Assembly: GCA_950097015.1 (NCBI GenBank)
Contig: CATNEN010000002.1
Location: forward strand, 5,890,001 to 5,954,000
DNA from: Macrostomum hystrix
Taxonomy: Eukaryota > Animalia > Platyhelminthes
Reading direction: 5' to 3'
Length of the DNA: 64,000 nt
Shown here in pieces: positions 28,370-41,410 of the stretch (its first letter is position 1; each line of letters starts with the position of its first letter). The notes under the pieces were generated by a model. It saw nothing but the letters and a program-made list of their open reading frames with translations, had not been told where the DNA came from and searched no databases. The translations under genes were made by a program, and so were the position numbers.

Positions 28370-28728
28370 GTTGTTGTGACGCACGGAAGGACGTTGATAC
28401 TGTTTTCATATGGCGCACCAAAGGAAATTAAAAAGGGTTTGACTTGTTTTGACACTTCAAATGACATTTGACGCTTTGAAGGACGTCAGAATCGGTTGCT
28501 TGTGACGCTGTGAAAAACGTCGGGACTCGGAATTGGGTTGGTTGTGAAGCTCTGAAGGACGTCGAAATGGGTTGGTTGTGACGCTCAGAAGGACGTCGAA
28601 ATGGGTTGGTTGTGACGCTCAGAAGGACGTCGAAATGGGTTGGTTGTGACGCTACGAATTACGTCAGAATGGGTTTGTTAGGGCACTCTGAAGGACGTTG
28701 GAGTGGGGTGGGTTGGTTGTGACGCTAC
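28370..28728. repeat. 34-bp degenerate minisatellite (TGTGACGCTCAGAAGGACGTCGAAATGGGTTGGT)n
   Basis: About three near-perfect central copies with decayed flanking copies. Confidence 0.88.
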
Positions 28729-29436
28729 CATAGGTCGGTATGTTGACTATTCGACGAATAAAGAAACGCTATTTCGACCACCTTCGGATTTACCTTCAAT
28801 CGAATCAGATTAGCCGATGTGCTGAAGCACAAGTCGTACAGTTGTTTAAACATTGTTTCTCAACGTTCAAACAAATATAATTGACTGTAACCCCACTCTG
28901 TTAAATGACCAATGCTATAAGCGATTGGAGATAGTATATAGGGCAATTCATCATGCATAGAGCGTGAGTAGGTCCGCGATTTCTGTCCATTCTGGGAGCA
29001 TTGTGAATATTAATCGTCATCAATCATTTAAATTGACAAATCACACTCAGTATTTGGGTGAGTGAGTCACAAGGCATTTTATTGTCTTCGATTGAGTTTT
29101 ACAAAACAGTTACGACGATACGATCAATCATTGCTATACAGGGATTCATGGCAGTGGAGTGTGGAATATGGAATATTTTCCCAATTGCTAGGGACTATTA
29201 TTAAAAGGGCCAGGGGATTCGGGGAAGCAAGCGACCATTGTTTTGGACAGAACTACTTAATTACATATTGCCCACAGAAATCTGATATCAAACACACACG
29301 GCCAGTCTATTGATGCCTGTACAGCTTAATATAATATAATAAGTCAGCAGTTCCATTTCCCTTTCTAAATTCCCTTTTCTAAATTTAAACCTACTTAATC
29401 GTTACACTAAATTCTCTATAATACCATTCCCGAAAT

Positions 29437-32400
29437 ACGAAACTACACGAACCTGAGACATTACCAATACGAGACTACACGAACCTGAGACATTACCAAT
29501 ACGAGACTACACGAACCTGAGACATTACCAATACGAGACTACACGAACCTGAGACATTACCAATACGAGACTACATGAACCTGAGACATTACCAATACGA
29601 GACTACATGAACCTGAAGCTTTACCAACCCGAGAATACACGAACCTGAAGCTTTACCAACCCGAGACTACACGAACCTGAAACTTTACCAACCCGAGAAT
29701 ACACGAACCTGAAGCTTTACCAACCCGAGACTACACGAACCTGAAGCTTTACCAACCCGAGACTACACGAGCCTGAAGCTTTACCAACCAGAAACTACAC
29801 GAACCTGAAGCTTTACCAACCAGAAACTACACGAACCTGAAGCTTTACCAACCCGAGACTACACGAACCTGAAGCTTTACCAACCAGAAACTACACGAAC
29901 CTGAGCTTTACTAACCCAAAACTACACGAACCTGAAGCTTTACCAACCAGAAACTACACGAACCTGAAGCTTTACCAACTCAAAACTACACGAACCTGAA
30001 GCTTTACCAACCCAAAACTACCCGAACCTGAAGCTTTACCAACCCAAAACTACACGAACCTGAAGCTTTACCAACCAGAAACTACACGAACCTGAAGCTA
30101 TACCAACCCAAAACTACACGAACCTGAAGCTTTACCAACCCAAAACTACACGAACCTGAAGCTTTACCAACCAGAAACTACACGAACCTGAAGCTTTACC
30201 AACCCAAAACTACACGAACCTGAAGCTTTACCAACCCAAAACTACACGAACCTGAAGCTTTACCAACCCAAAACTACACGAACCTGAAGCTTTACCAACC
30301 CAAAACTACACGAACCTGAAGCTTTACCAACCCAAAACTACACGAACCTGAAGCTTTACCAACCCAAAACTACACGAACCTGAAGCTTTACCAACCCAAA
30401 ACTACACGAACCTGAAGCTTTACCAACCCGAGACTACACGAGCCTGAAGCTTTACCAACCCGAGACTACACGAGCCTGAAGCTTTACCAACCAGAAACTA
30501 CACGAACCTGAAGCTTTACCAACCCGAGACTACACGAGCCTGAAGCTTTACCAACCAGAAACTACACGAACCTGAAGCTTTACCAACCAGAAACTACACG
30601 AACCTGAAGCTTTACCAACCCGAGACTACACGAGCCTGAAGCTTTACCAACCAGAAACTACACGAGCCTGAGCTTTACTAACCCAAAACTACACGAACCT
30701 GAAGCTTTACCAACCAGAAACTACACGAACCTGAAGCTTTACCAACCCAAAACTACACGATCCTGAAGCTTTACCAACCCAAAACTACACGAACCTGAAG
30801 CTTTACCAACCCAAAACTACACGAACCTGAAGCTTTACCAACCCAAAACTACATGAACCTGAAGCTATACCAACCCAAAACTACACGAACCTGAAGCTTT
30901 ACCAACCCAAAACTACACGAACCTGAAGCTTTACCAACCCAAAACTACACGAACCTGAAGCTTTACCAACCCAAAACTACACGAACCTGAAGCTTTACCA
31001 ACCCAAAACTACACGAGCCTGAAGCTTTACCAACCCAAAACTACACGAACCTGAAGCTTTACCAACCCAAAACTACACGAACCTGAAGCTTTACCAACCC
31101 AAAACTACACGAACCTGAAGCTTTACCAACCAGAAACTACACGAACCTGAAGCTTTACCAACCCAAAACTACACGAACCTGAAGCTTTACCAACCCGAGA
31201 CTACACGAGCCTGAAGCTTTACCAACCAGAAACTACACGAACCTGAAGCTTTACCAACCAGAAACTACACGAACCTGAAGCTTTACCAACCCAAAACTAC
31301 CCGAACCTGAAGCTTTACCAACCCAAAACTACACGAACCTGAAGCTTTACCAACCAGAAACTACACGAACCTGAAGCTATACCAACCTAAAACTACACGA
31401 ACCTGAAGCTTTACCAACCCAAAACTACACGAACCTGAAGCTTTACCAACCAGAAACTACACGAACCTGAAGCTTTACCAACCCAAAACTACACGAACCT
31501 GAAGCTTTACAAACCCAAAACTACACGAACCTGAAGCTTTACCAACCCAAAACTACACGAACCTGAAGCTTTACCAACCCAAAACTACACGAACCTGAAG
31601 CTTTACCAACCCAAAACTACACGAACCTGAAGCTTTACCAACCAGAAACTACACGAACCTGAAGCTTTACCAACCCAAAACTACACGAACCTGAAGCTTT
31701 ACCAACCCGAGACTACACGAGCCTGAAGCTTTACCAACCCGAGACTACACGAGCCTGAAGCTTTACCAACCAGAAACTACACGAACCTGAAGCTTTACCA
31801 ACCCGAGACTACACGAGCCTGAAGCTTTACCAACCAGAAACTACACGAACCTGAAGCTTTACCAACCAGAAACTACACGAACCTGAAGCTTTACCAACCC
31901 GAGACTACACGAGCCTGAAGCTTTACCAACCAGAAACTACACGAACCTGAGCTTTACTAACCCAAAACTACACGAACCTGAAGCTTTACCAACCAGAAAC
32001 TACACGAACCTGAAGCTTTACCAACCCAAAACTACACGATCCTGAAGCTTTACCAACCCAAAACTACACGAACCTGAAGCTTTACCAACCAGAAACTACA
32101 CGAACCTGAAGCTTTACCAACCCAAAACTACACGAACCTGAAGCTATACCAACCCAAAACTACACGAACCTGAAGCTTTACCAACCCAAAACTTCACGAA
32201 CCTGAAGCTTTACCAACCAGAAACTACACGAACCTGAAGCTTTACCAACCCAAAACTACACGAACCTGAAGCTTTACCAACCCAAAACTACACGAGCCTG
32301 AAGCTTTACCAACCCAAAACTACACGAACCTGAAGCTTTACCAACCCAAAACTACACGAACCTGAAGCTTTACCAACCAGAAACTACACGAACCTGAAGC

Positions 32401-33110
32401 TTTACCAACCAGAAACTACACGAACCTGAAGCTTTACCAACCAGAAACTACACGAACCTGAAGCTTTACCAACCCGAGACTACACGAGCCTGAAGCTTTA
32501 CCAACCAGAAACTACACGAACCTGAAGCTTTACCAACCAGAAACTACACGAACCTGAAGCTTTACCAACCCAAAACTACACGAACCTGAAGCTTTACCAA
32601 CCCAAAACTACACGAACCTGAAGCTTTACCAACCCAAAACTACACGAACCTGAAGCTTTACCAACCCTAAACTACACGAACCTGAAGCTATACCAACCCA
32701 AAACTACACGAACCTGAAGCTTTACCAACCCAAAACTACACGAACCTAAAGCTTTACCAACCCAAAACTACACGAACCTGAAGCTTTACCAACCAGAAAC
32801 TACACGAACCTGAAGCTTTACCAACCCAAAACTACACGATCCTGAAGCTTTACCAACCCAAAACTACACGAACCTGAAGCTTTACCAACCCAAAACTACA
32901 CGAACCTGAAGCTTTACCAACCCAAAACTACACGAACCTGAAGCTATACCAACCCAAAACTACACGAACCTGAAGCTTTACCAACCCAAAACTACACGAA
33001 CCTGAAGCTTTACCAACCCAAAACTACACGAACCTGAAGCTTTACCAACCCAAAACTACACGAACCTGAAGCTTTACCAAACTACACGAACCTGAAGCTT
33101 TACCAACGAA
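29437..33110. repeat. 32-bp satellite (ACTACACGAACCTGAAGCTTTACCAACCCAAA)n, ~3.7 kb, in LMO intron 1
   Basis: Tandem units with an internal 1279-bp duplication. Confidence 0.98.
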
Positions 33111-33950
33111 AAAGTAAATGAATGAACTTGCAAGTTCAAAAACAAAATTTTATGAACTTTCACCGAGCCGAAACGAGATAAAAAGGGTTTTACCAAACAG
33201 AAATTTCAGATAGCTAGCTTGCAGATCTGGTTTCAGAAATAACAGTAAATAGTTAAACTATATAGCTGGCTCGTAATATAAGTGTTACTGTAATTTAATA
33301 CCCTCATATTGTATTTTATTGGCCAATGGTCGACTATACTTCGTGGTTTTGTGAGGCCAAGATATAATTTACTATTGCAATGCAGTTGAAAAATTGTTCG
33401 AGTTTAAGGCCTGATTTATGATCCTATTTATTTGACACTGGGAATGGACACAATGCGGGTGTTTGAGGGAATAAAAGGATACAAGGGTTGTGAAATAGAG
33501 CGACAGTTGGAGACAGAGAAATTCACTGTGATTCACGCCACACACACAACTTACATTTGCATTTTATATATTAGCTATAAGCTAATCAGGACACAAGAGG
33601 TCCATATGCAGTGCGAATGGTTATATAATGACAATAACAATAAATAGTTTTAAAATGCGCATATTAAGAGCTGCAGAGCTCTGCCATTTTTATAGCTATA
33701 ATAGCTGTCTAGCTGGCTGAAGCACGCAATATCCTGAAATAAGCTAGATATTATAGATTAGACGCGTTGCCAAGCTGGGGTCAAGCTAAAAACCATATGT
33801 CCAAGCTACGGTGCTATCAGTGTCAGTCTGTCTGTGTGCTTAGCATGCGTGTGTTTGCTTGTGAACACCACTGGCTTGTCCATTCAAGATCTCTGACTAA
33901 TTTTCTGGGGCTGTAGTAAGCTTAGCTAGCTTTGCTCACAGCAACAACCG

Positions 33951-34733
33951 TGACGGGGGCGGATCCTGAGAGAGGCCGCGGATCCAGTGACAGGGGAGCG
34001 GATCCAGTGACAGGGGAGCGGATCCGGTGACAGGGGAGCGGATCCGGTGACAGGGGAGCGGATCCAGTGACAGGAGAGCGGATCCGGTGACAGAGGAGCG
34101 GATCCAGTGACAGGGGAGCGGATCCAGTGACAGGGGAGCGGATCCAGTGACAGGGGAGCGGATCCAGTGACAGGGGAGCGGATCCAGTGACAGGGGAGCG
34201 GATCGGGTGACAGGAGAGCGGATCCAGTGACAGGAGAGCGGATCCAGTGACAGGGGAGCGGATCCAGTGACAGGGGAGCGGATCCAGTGACAGGGGAGCG
34301 GATCCGATGACCGATGAGCGGATCGGGTGACAGGAGAGCGGATCCAGTGACAGGGGAGCGGATCGGGTGACAGGGGAGCGGATCGGGTGACAGGGGAGCG
34401 GATCGGGTGACAGGGGAGCGGATCCAGTGGCAGGGGAGCGGATCCAGTGACAGGAGAGCGGATCCGGTGACAGGGGACCGGATCCAGTGACAGGGAAGCG
34501 GATCCAGTGACAGGGGAGCGGATCGGGTGACAGGGGAGCGGAGCGGGTGACAGGGGAGCGGATCGGGTGACAGGGGAGCGGATCGGGTGACAGGGGAGCG
34601 GATCCAGTGACAGGGGAGCGGATCCAGTGACAGGGGAGCGGATCGGGTGACAGGGGAGCGGATCCAGTGGCTGGGTGGTGAATCGAGTGACAGGGGAGCG
34701 GATCGGCTGAAAGGGGAGCGGATCCGGTGACAT
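33951..34733. repeat. 20-bp minisatellite (GGGAGCGGATCCAGTGACAG)n
   Basis: Tandem units. Confidence 0.97.
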
Positions 34734-34804
34734 GGTAGCAACTAGTTAGACATGGTGGGGCCTGAGGGGTGGTCAGGGATAATTTCACGCGAAAGTCAAC
34801 TTAC

Positions 34805-34976
34805 GTCCATTCACGGGCCCAGCTTCGATTGCTCCGCCGCCGCTTCCAACGCCGCCGCCACCGCCGCCTCCGAACTCGTCGAGCTCGCTGACGACGCCGT
34901 TCTCCGCCAGCGCACCAACTGGCCCGGTCTGCATCGGGGCTGCATCCGCCAGTCGATAGTGCGCGTGGGAAAGCAT
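34805..34976 (-). CDS. LMO4: LMO4-like putative coding exon 1 (Gly-rich N-terminus)
   Basis: ATG at 34976; donor GGA C|GTAAGT at 34805. Phase 1 matches the exon 2 acceptor (C|GC = Arg). Joined CDS is 771 nt (256 aa). No homology support for this exon. Confidence 0.65.
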
Positions 34977-35205
34977 CCCTGGGATGTCTAAATCTAGTTT
35001 CTAATTTCTGAGGATCCCTCGAGGGAGATGGACTTCTTTGGAAAAGCCGAATTCGCCTAAGAGCTAATTGATTTGCGCACAAATTCTGTTAGCCTCTTTT
35101 TCTCCTCGTTAAGTGGTATTATCAACCTCCTGGTGGGGGCTCCGAAAGTCTAAATAGCTTCGGCTTCTCTGGCTTGGCCCTTATCTCCCCTCTCGTTTTC
35201 CTTCG

Positions 35206-35216
35206 TTTTATATATA
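35206..35216 (-). promoter_or_regulatory. Candidate TATA box of the LMO gene
   Basis: Minus strand TATATATAAAA about 230 bp upstream of the exon 1 ATG, downstream of GC-rich boxes (35250-35310). Confidence 0.35.
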
Positions 35217-35754
35217 TGCATGCGTGCGTGCATAAATAAAATTGTCCAGCGCGCACGCGCCACTCACGCCTCAGCCCGACACCCACCCCCGCCGCGCGCA
35301 CCCACCCCAACAAGCCCAAACCGATTTTTCTTCCTGGTTTGGGTGTGATTCATTCGACAGTGGCGGTGTCAGCCAACCCTGGACAATTTGTGCCTGTACA
35401 CGCCTGCCCAGGGGTTGAGGACCATTGATGCGGGCTTTGAGTGTGGGGGGGGGAAGAAAAGAGAATGAAAGAATCCATTCTCTCTCCGGCGTGTTCTTAT
35501 CTCAGTTTGTGCGCGACCGGGAGACTTTGGGAAGCGGGGAAATCCCATTTTTATTAGATTGGACTTGGATTGTTGCTGGGGTGGATGCTGTTATTATTGT
35601 TTATTAATTTATTAGATGCTCTAACTGTCTACTTTAAGTAGAATATTAATTCTATGGCATTTTCAGGGTAATGTAAACAACAGCATTTTTTCAAGGTCGG
35701 TCTGAACACAACAAAGTCTTGTGTTAGTACTCTGTCAATTGTCTAGCGGTCTCT

Positions 35755-37141
35755 CTTGTCTAACACTCTCAGGTTTATCTAACACTCTCAGGTTTATCTA
35801 ACACTCTCAGGTTCATCTAACACTCTCAGGTTCATCTAACACTCTCAGGTTTATCTAACACTCTCAGGTTCATCTAACACTCTCAGGTTTATCTAACACT
35901 CTCAGGTTCATCTAACACTCTCAGGTTCATCTAACACTCTCAGGTTTATCTAACACTCTCACTTTTCTAGCACAATATCACTTGTCTAATACTCTCTTAC
36001 CTGTTTAACGTTTTCTCACTTGTCTAACACACTCAGTCTTGTCTAACGCTCTCTCACTTGTCTAACGCTCTCTCACTTGTCTAACACTCTCTCACTTGTC
36101 TAACACTCTCTCACTTGTCTAACAGTCTCTCACTTGTCTAACACTCTCTCTTGTCTAACACTCTCTCACTTGTCTAACACTCTCTCACTTGTCTAACACT
36201 CTCTCTTGTCTAACACTCTCAGGGTTGTCTAACACTCTCTCACTTGTCTAACACTCTCTCACTTGTCTAACACTCTCTTACTTGTCTAACACTATCTCAC
36301 TTGTCTAACACTCTCTCACTTGTCTAACACTATCTCACTTGTCTAACACTCTTACTTGTCTAACACTATCTCACTTGTCTAACACTCTCAGGGTTGTCTA
36401 ACACTCTTACTTGTCTAACACTCTCTCACTTGTCTAACACTCTTACTTGTCTAACACTCTCAGGGTTGTCTAACACTCTCTCACTTGTCTAACACTCTCT
36501 CACTTGTCTAACACTCTTACTTGTCTAACACTCTCTCACTTGTCTAACACTCTCTCACTTGTCTAACACTCTCTCTTGTCTAACACTCTCAGGGTTGTCT
36601 AACACTCTCTCACTTGTCTAACACTCTCTCACTTGTCTAACACTCTCTCACTTGTCTAACACTCTCTCACTTGTCTAACACTCTCTCACTTGTCTAACAC
36701 TCTCTCACTTGTCTAACACTCTCTCACTTGTCTAACACTCTCTCACTTGTCTAACACTCTCTCACTTGTCTAACACTCTCTCACTTGTCTAACACTCTCT
36801 CACTTGTCTAACACTCTCTCACTTGTCTAACACTCTCTCACTTGTCTAACACTCTCTCACTTGTCTAACACTCTTACTTGTCTAACACTCTCTCACTTGT
36901 CTAACACTCTCTCACTTGTCTAACACTCTCTCACTTGTCTAACACTCTCTCACTTGTCTAACACTCTCTCACTTGTCTAACACTCTCTCACTTGTCTAAC
37001 ACTCTCTCACTTGTCTAACACTCTCTCACTTGTCTAACACTCTCTCACGTGTCTAACACTCTCTCACTTGTCTAACACTCTCTCACTTGTCTAACACTCT
37101 CTCACTTGTCTAACACTCTCTCACTTGTCTAACACTCTCTC
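35755..37141. repeat. 19-bp minisatellite, two subfamilies (CTAACACTCTCAGGTT[T/C]AT) then (CTTGTCTAACACTCTCTCA)
   Basis: Tandem units. Confidence 0.96.
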
Positions 37142-37779
37142 TTAGAGAGAGTAAGTCTTTGTAAGTCTTTATCCATAAATTTCCTTTTTATGAATGAGTT
37201 TCCTATGTAATTTCACGGCCCACAACTTTTCCCAAAGTATCGACTTCAGGTCGGGCCTCATGAAATCGAATAAGCGGTTGCTTGTTTTTGCGATATAAAA
37301 AATAATAGTAACAATATGTTCGAAGAAGGTGCTCAGCTAGTGACACGCAAGCCAATGTAGCATGAAATTCGCATGCTGATTCTCTAGGCCTAGCGCAAGC
37401 CCCTGCAGATTGATTAAATATTGACAGATTGACTGTGAGGGAGAACGGCTTGAGTGGCAAAGCTTGAGTATAACTGGCGATGAAACAGCATTTTAATGAT
37501 TAAGCATAGATGAGCAATTATTGTAGCTGGCCTGTGTATGAGTGTGCAGCATTCAATAACTACACTGAATCCATTTATTCAGAAAAAAATGCATGGATAT
37601 TCGTTATTTGTTTGTTGATTTTCCCTGCAAATCGATAAATATTTTGAATTACTGATTAGTAGGCTGATAGGTTATTAGGCTGTTTGATTAGTAGATGCTT
37701 GATAAGTAGACTCTTTTTTAGTAGATGATTGATAAAAAGACTTGTTTATTGGTTGACTTGTTGATTAGCAGATTGATTA

Positions 37780-38300
37780 ATTAGCAGACTGATTGGTTAT
37801 TATATTGATTGGATAACATGCTGAAGTATTGACTGATAATCAGATTGATTGATTAATCAGATTGATTGATTGATTAATCAGATTGATTGATATTCAGATT
37901 GATTGATTGATTAATTAGATTGATTGATAATACGCTTGATCGATAATCAGATTGATTGGTTAACATATTGATTGATAATCAGATTGATTGATTGATTAAT
38001 TAGATTGATTGATAATCCGCTTGATCGATAATCAGATTGATTGGTTAACATATTGATTGATAATCAGATTGATTGGTTAACATATTGATTGATAATTAGA
38101 TTGATTGGTTAACATATTGATTGATAATCAGATTGATTGGTTAACATATTGATTGATAATTAGATTGATTGGTTAACATATTGATTGATAATCAGATTGA
38201 TAATCAAATGGTTTGATAATCCGATTGGTTGATTGATAATCAGATGGATTAATTAGCATATCGATTGATAAACAGATTGATGGATTTTTTGAAGAGAGAT
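37780..38300. repeat. Degenerate TTGA-rich repeat with a 32-bp core (GATTGATTGGTTAACATATTGATTGATAATCA)
   Basis: Direct reading. Confidence 0.85.
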
Positions 38301-39424
38301 TGATTAGTTAGTTGGTTGATTTATTGAATTATCAGGATGTAGGATTGATGGATTAATCGATTGATTGAGTTGCAGAATTTTAGAAGATTGATTAGTTGAT
38401 GGGCTTACCAATATCAATCAATCATCATTGATCAATCAATTTCGATTGTTAGAAATAGAACTAGCCTGATTTTCCAGCTCAAATAAAAAAGTTTTGATAA
38501 AGTTCGTAACAATATTTAATCCTTTATCCAGAAGAAACGCTTAAAATTGCTTAAAATTTTTAGCTTTTAAAAAACCTGGCAGATTCATTGAAATCTATTG
38601 AGCCATGCATGGATACTAGATGGGAACCAGTGGGCTTGTGCAGCAAAAAAGCACAATTTTCCCCTTCCCCAAAACTGGGATAGCAGCAAAACATCTCGCG
38701 GCCATGCATTCGGGAATCACGATTCAACCGCAAAAAAAATAATAAAAAAGCAGCACTTGAAACCTGAACACGCAGTTGAGGGGCTTGAAGATCGGGACAA
38801 TGGGCCTAGAATAGCTCGTATCTGGACTACCCCCGCTTTAATGCTATTTTTTTATTAAAGCATTCCGAGTTGGTTCCAGTTGAATAGCTTCTGCATCATT
38901 GATAGAGAAATGAGTTTAGCCAGGTGTGAAGCTGCTGCTGCTGCTGCTGCTTGGACCAGAAATTCGGCTCGCTGCCGATGGAGACACGGACAAACATTGT
39001 GGGGTGGGTGAGTCTGTGCTCAATAGCTGTATAGCAACATACTGGGGTTAAAACTCAATGCCCGTGCCAGTAGAGGGGCCGCCCACTAGAGAAATGAAAG
39101 GAACTAGCTGCATCGGAGACTGGGGCCGGGAAAACAGAAAGACACAACTAGCTGGTACATGGAAGGAGTGGAAGGGGCGCTTTCTTGCTTCAATGAATTC
39201 GAACAACAGACTTCAACAGAGAGCAGAGGAGCGGGTCTGGCGTGCAGGGGAATTGGAAGGAACCCAAATCGCATACTCAACCATTCCCGTATTGTTAGGA
39301 GCTACTGAATTTCAGCTTTCTATTTTTTTATCGCTTTTTTTAAAGTTAAACACAAAAGCCAGCGTTGCTGTTACTGATTATTTTAACAGGGCGTGAGTTG
39401 AGAGAAGGGGTGAGAGCTCATGGG

Positions 39425-40260
39425 AGAGATGAGAGCTCTTCTCAGGGATAGAGATGAGATACGGTGGAAGAGAGGGAGAGGGAGATGAGAGAGGGAGATG
39501 AGAGAGGGAGATGAGAGAGGGAGATGAGAGAGGGAGATGAGAGATGGATAGGTAGATGAGAGAGGGAGAGGGAGATGAGAGAGGGAGATGAGAGAGGGAG
39601 AGGGAGATGAGAGTGGGAGAGGGAGATAAGAGTGGGAGAGGGAGATGAGAGTGGGAGAGGGAGATGAGAGAGGGAGAGGGAGATGAGAGAGGTAGATGAG
39701 AGAGGGAGAGGGAGATGAGAGTGGGAGAGGGAGATGAGAGAGGGAGATGAGAGATGGAGAGGTAGATGAGAGAGGGAGAGGGAGATGAGAGTGGGAGAGG
39801 AAGATAAGAGTGGGAGAGGGAGATGAGAGAGGTAGATGAGAGAGGGAGAGGGAGATGAGAGTGGGAGAGGGAGATGAGAGAGGGAGAGGGAGATGAGAGT
39901 GGGAGAGGGAGATGGGAGATGGAGAGGTAGATGAGAGTGGGAGAGGGAGATGAGAGTGGGAGAGGGAGATGAGAGAGGGAGATGAGAGATGGAGAGGTAG
40001 ATGAGAGAGGGAGAGGGAGATGAGAGAGGGAGAGGGAGATGAGAGTGGGAGAGGGAGATAAGAGTGGGAGAGGGAGATGAGAGTGGGAGAGGGATGAGAG
40101 AGGGAGATGAGAGAGGGATGGTGAGATGAGAGAAGACATGAGGGGAGAGGGAGATGAGAGAGGGATGGTGAGATGAGACAGGAGATGAGTGAGGGAGAGG
40201 TAGATGAGAGAGGGAGAGGGAGATGGGAGATGGAGATGAAGGGTGAGATAAGAGTGGAAG
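39425..40260. repeat. GA-rich 15/21-bp minisatellite (GAGATGAGAGAGGGA[GAGGGA])n
   Basis: Tandem units. Confidence 0.93.
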
Positions 40261-40698
40261 GGTGAGATCAGATAGGATGGGAGCGGAGTTTTAGTGAGTG
40301 AGATGACGGATGTGATGATAGGCAGAAGAATTGGTAAGTGTTACAAATTGATCATGAAACAAGCTGTAGAGATTTTTTCTGCAGTTGAAGCTATGACTGT
40401 AGCTCCTGTTGCTAAATATTGAAAGCGATGTCTACAGCAGTTTATTTTAGATGTCAAACTAATCATTTTACTATTAATAATAAAACGAAATAGGGTGAGT
40501 CGAACTTAAGAACAGACGGAATTAAAGAATTTAAACCACTAGCCAAAATAGTGTGTTTAAATCTATCTGATCAATTTAGACTTCAACTGGTTTGAGAATG
40601 GCTTGGGATTACCTTACTATTCATTTGAAGAATAATATGTTTGAAAACTTCATTCGTTATTAAAATATTTCTCGCATTTGTTTCTGGGTGAGGCTAGC

Positions 40699-40875
40699 TC
40701 AACACTGCACAGGTGTACTTGTCCCAGGCTCCGCGGCTGCTCTGTCCTGCTCAGAGGCTGACTGCCTCATCAGGGTCGTCTCCATCTCGCGGCGCAGCTC
40801 CTGATCCTCGATGATCTTCTGCTCAGCTGAGACTACTCGACGCTTCCGGCCCAGCAAGTTGTTGTTCTCATCGTC
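40699..40875 (-). CDS. nan: Nanchung/OCR-type TRPV channel, exon 12 (terminal)
   Basis: Acceptor CCCCAG|GAC, phase 0; DDENNNLLGRKRR...PVQC* (TGA at 40699). Weak homology support. Confidence 0.7.
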   Translation of the reverse strand, partial: DDENNNLLGRKRRVVSAEQKIIEDQELRREMETTLMRQSASEQDRAAAEPGTSTPVQC

Positions 40876-40897
40876 CTGGGGAGCGGTAGGAGAGGTT

Positions 40898-41410
40898 GCA
40901 CCTGAGATACACCTGATATACACCTGAGATGCACCTGAGATACACCTGATATACACCGGATATACACCTGAGATGCACCTGAGATACACCTGATATACAC
41001 CTGATATACAACTGAGATACACCTGAGATACACCTGATATACACCTGAGATGCACCTGAGATACACCTGATATACACCTGAGATACACCTGAGATACACC
41101 TGAGATATACGAGATACATCCTGACATACACAGAACCATCCCGACAGACACAGAACCATCCTGACAGACAAAGAACCATCCTGACAGACAAAGAACCATC
41201 CTGACAGACACAGAACCATCCTGACAGACACAGAACCATCCTGACAGACACAGAACCATCCTGACAGACACATAAACCATCCTGACAGACACAGAACCAT
41301 CCTGACAGACACAGAACCATCCTGACAGACACAGAACCATCCTGACAGACACAGAACCATCCTGACAGACACAGAACCATCCTGACAGACACAGAACCAT
41401 CCTGACAGAT
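40898..41410. repeat. Two abutting arrays: 11-bp (CACCTGAGATA)n, then 20-bp (CAGACACAGAACCATCCTGA)n
   Basis: Tandem units; the switch is at about 41112. Confidence 0.95.

Noticed and set aside
28185-28421. Possible extra LMO exon (TTTTTACCAG|TACCAAAGAAG...)
   Set aside because: No clear donor and the frame ends in a stop. The three-exon model is already frame-consistent.
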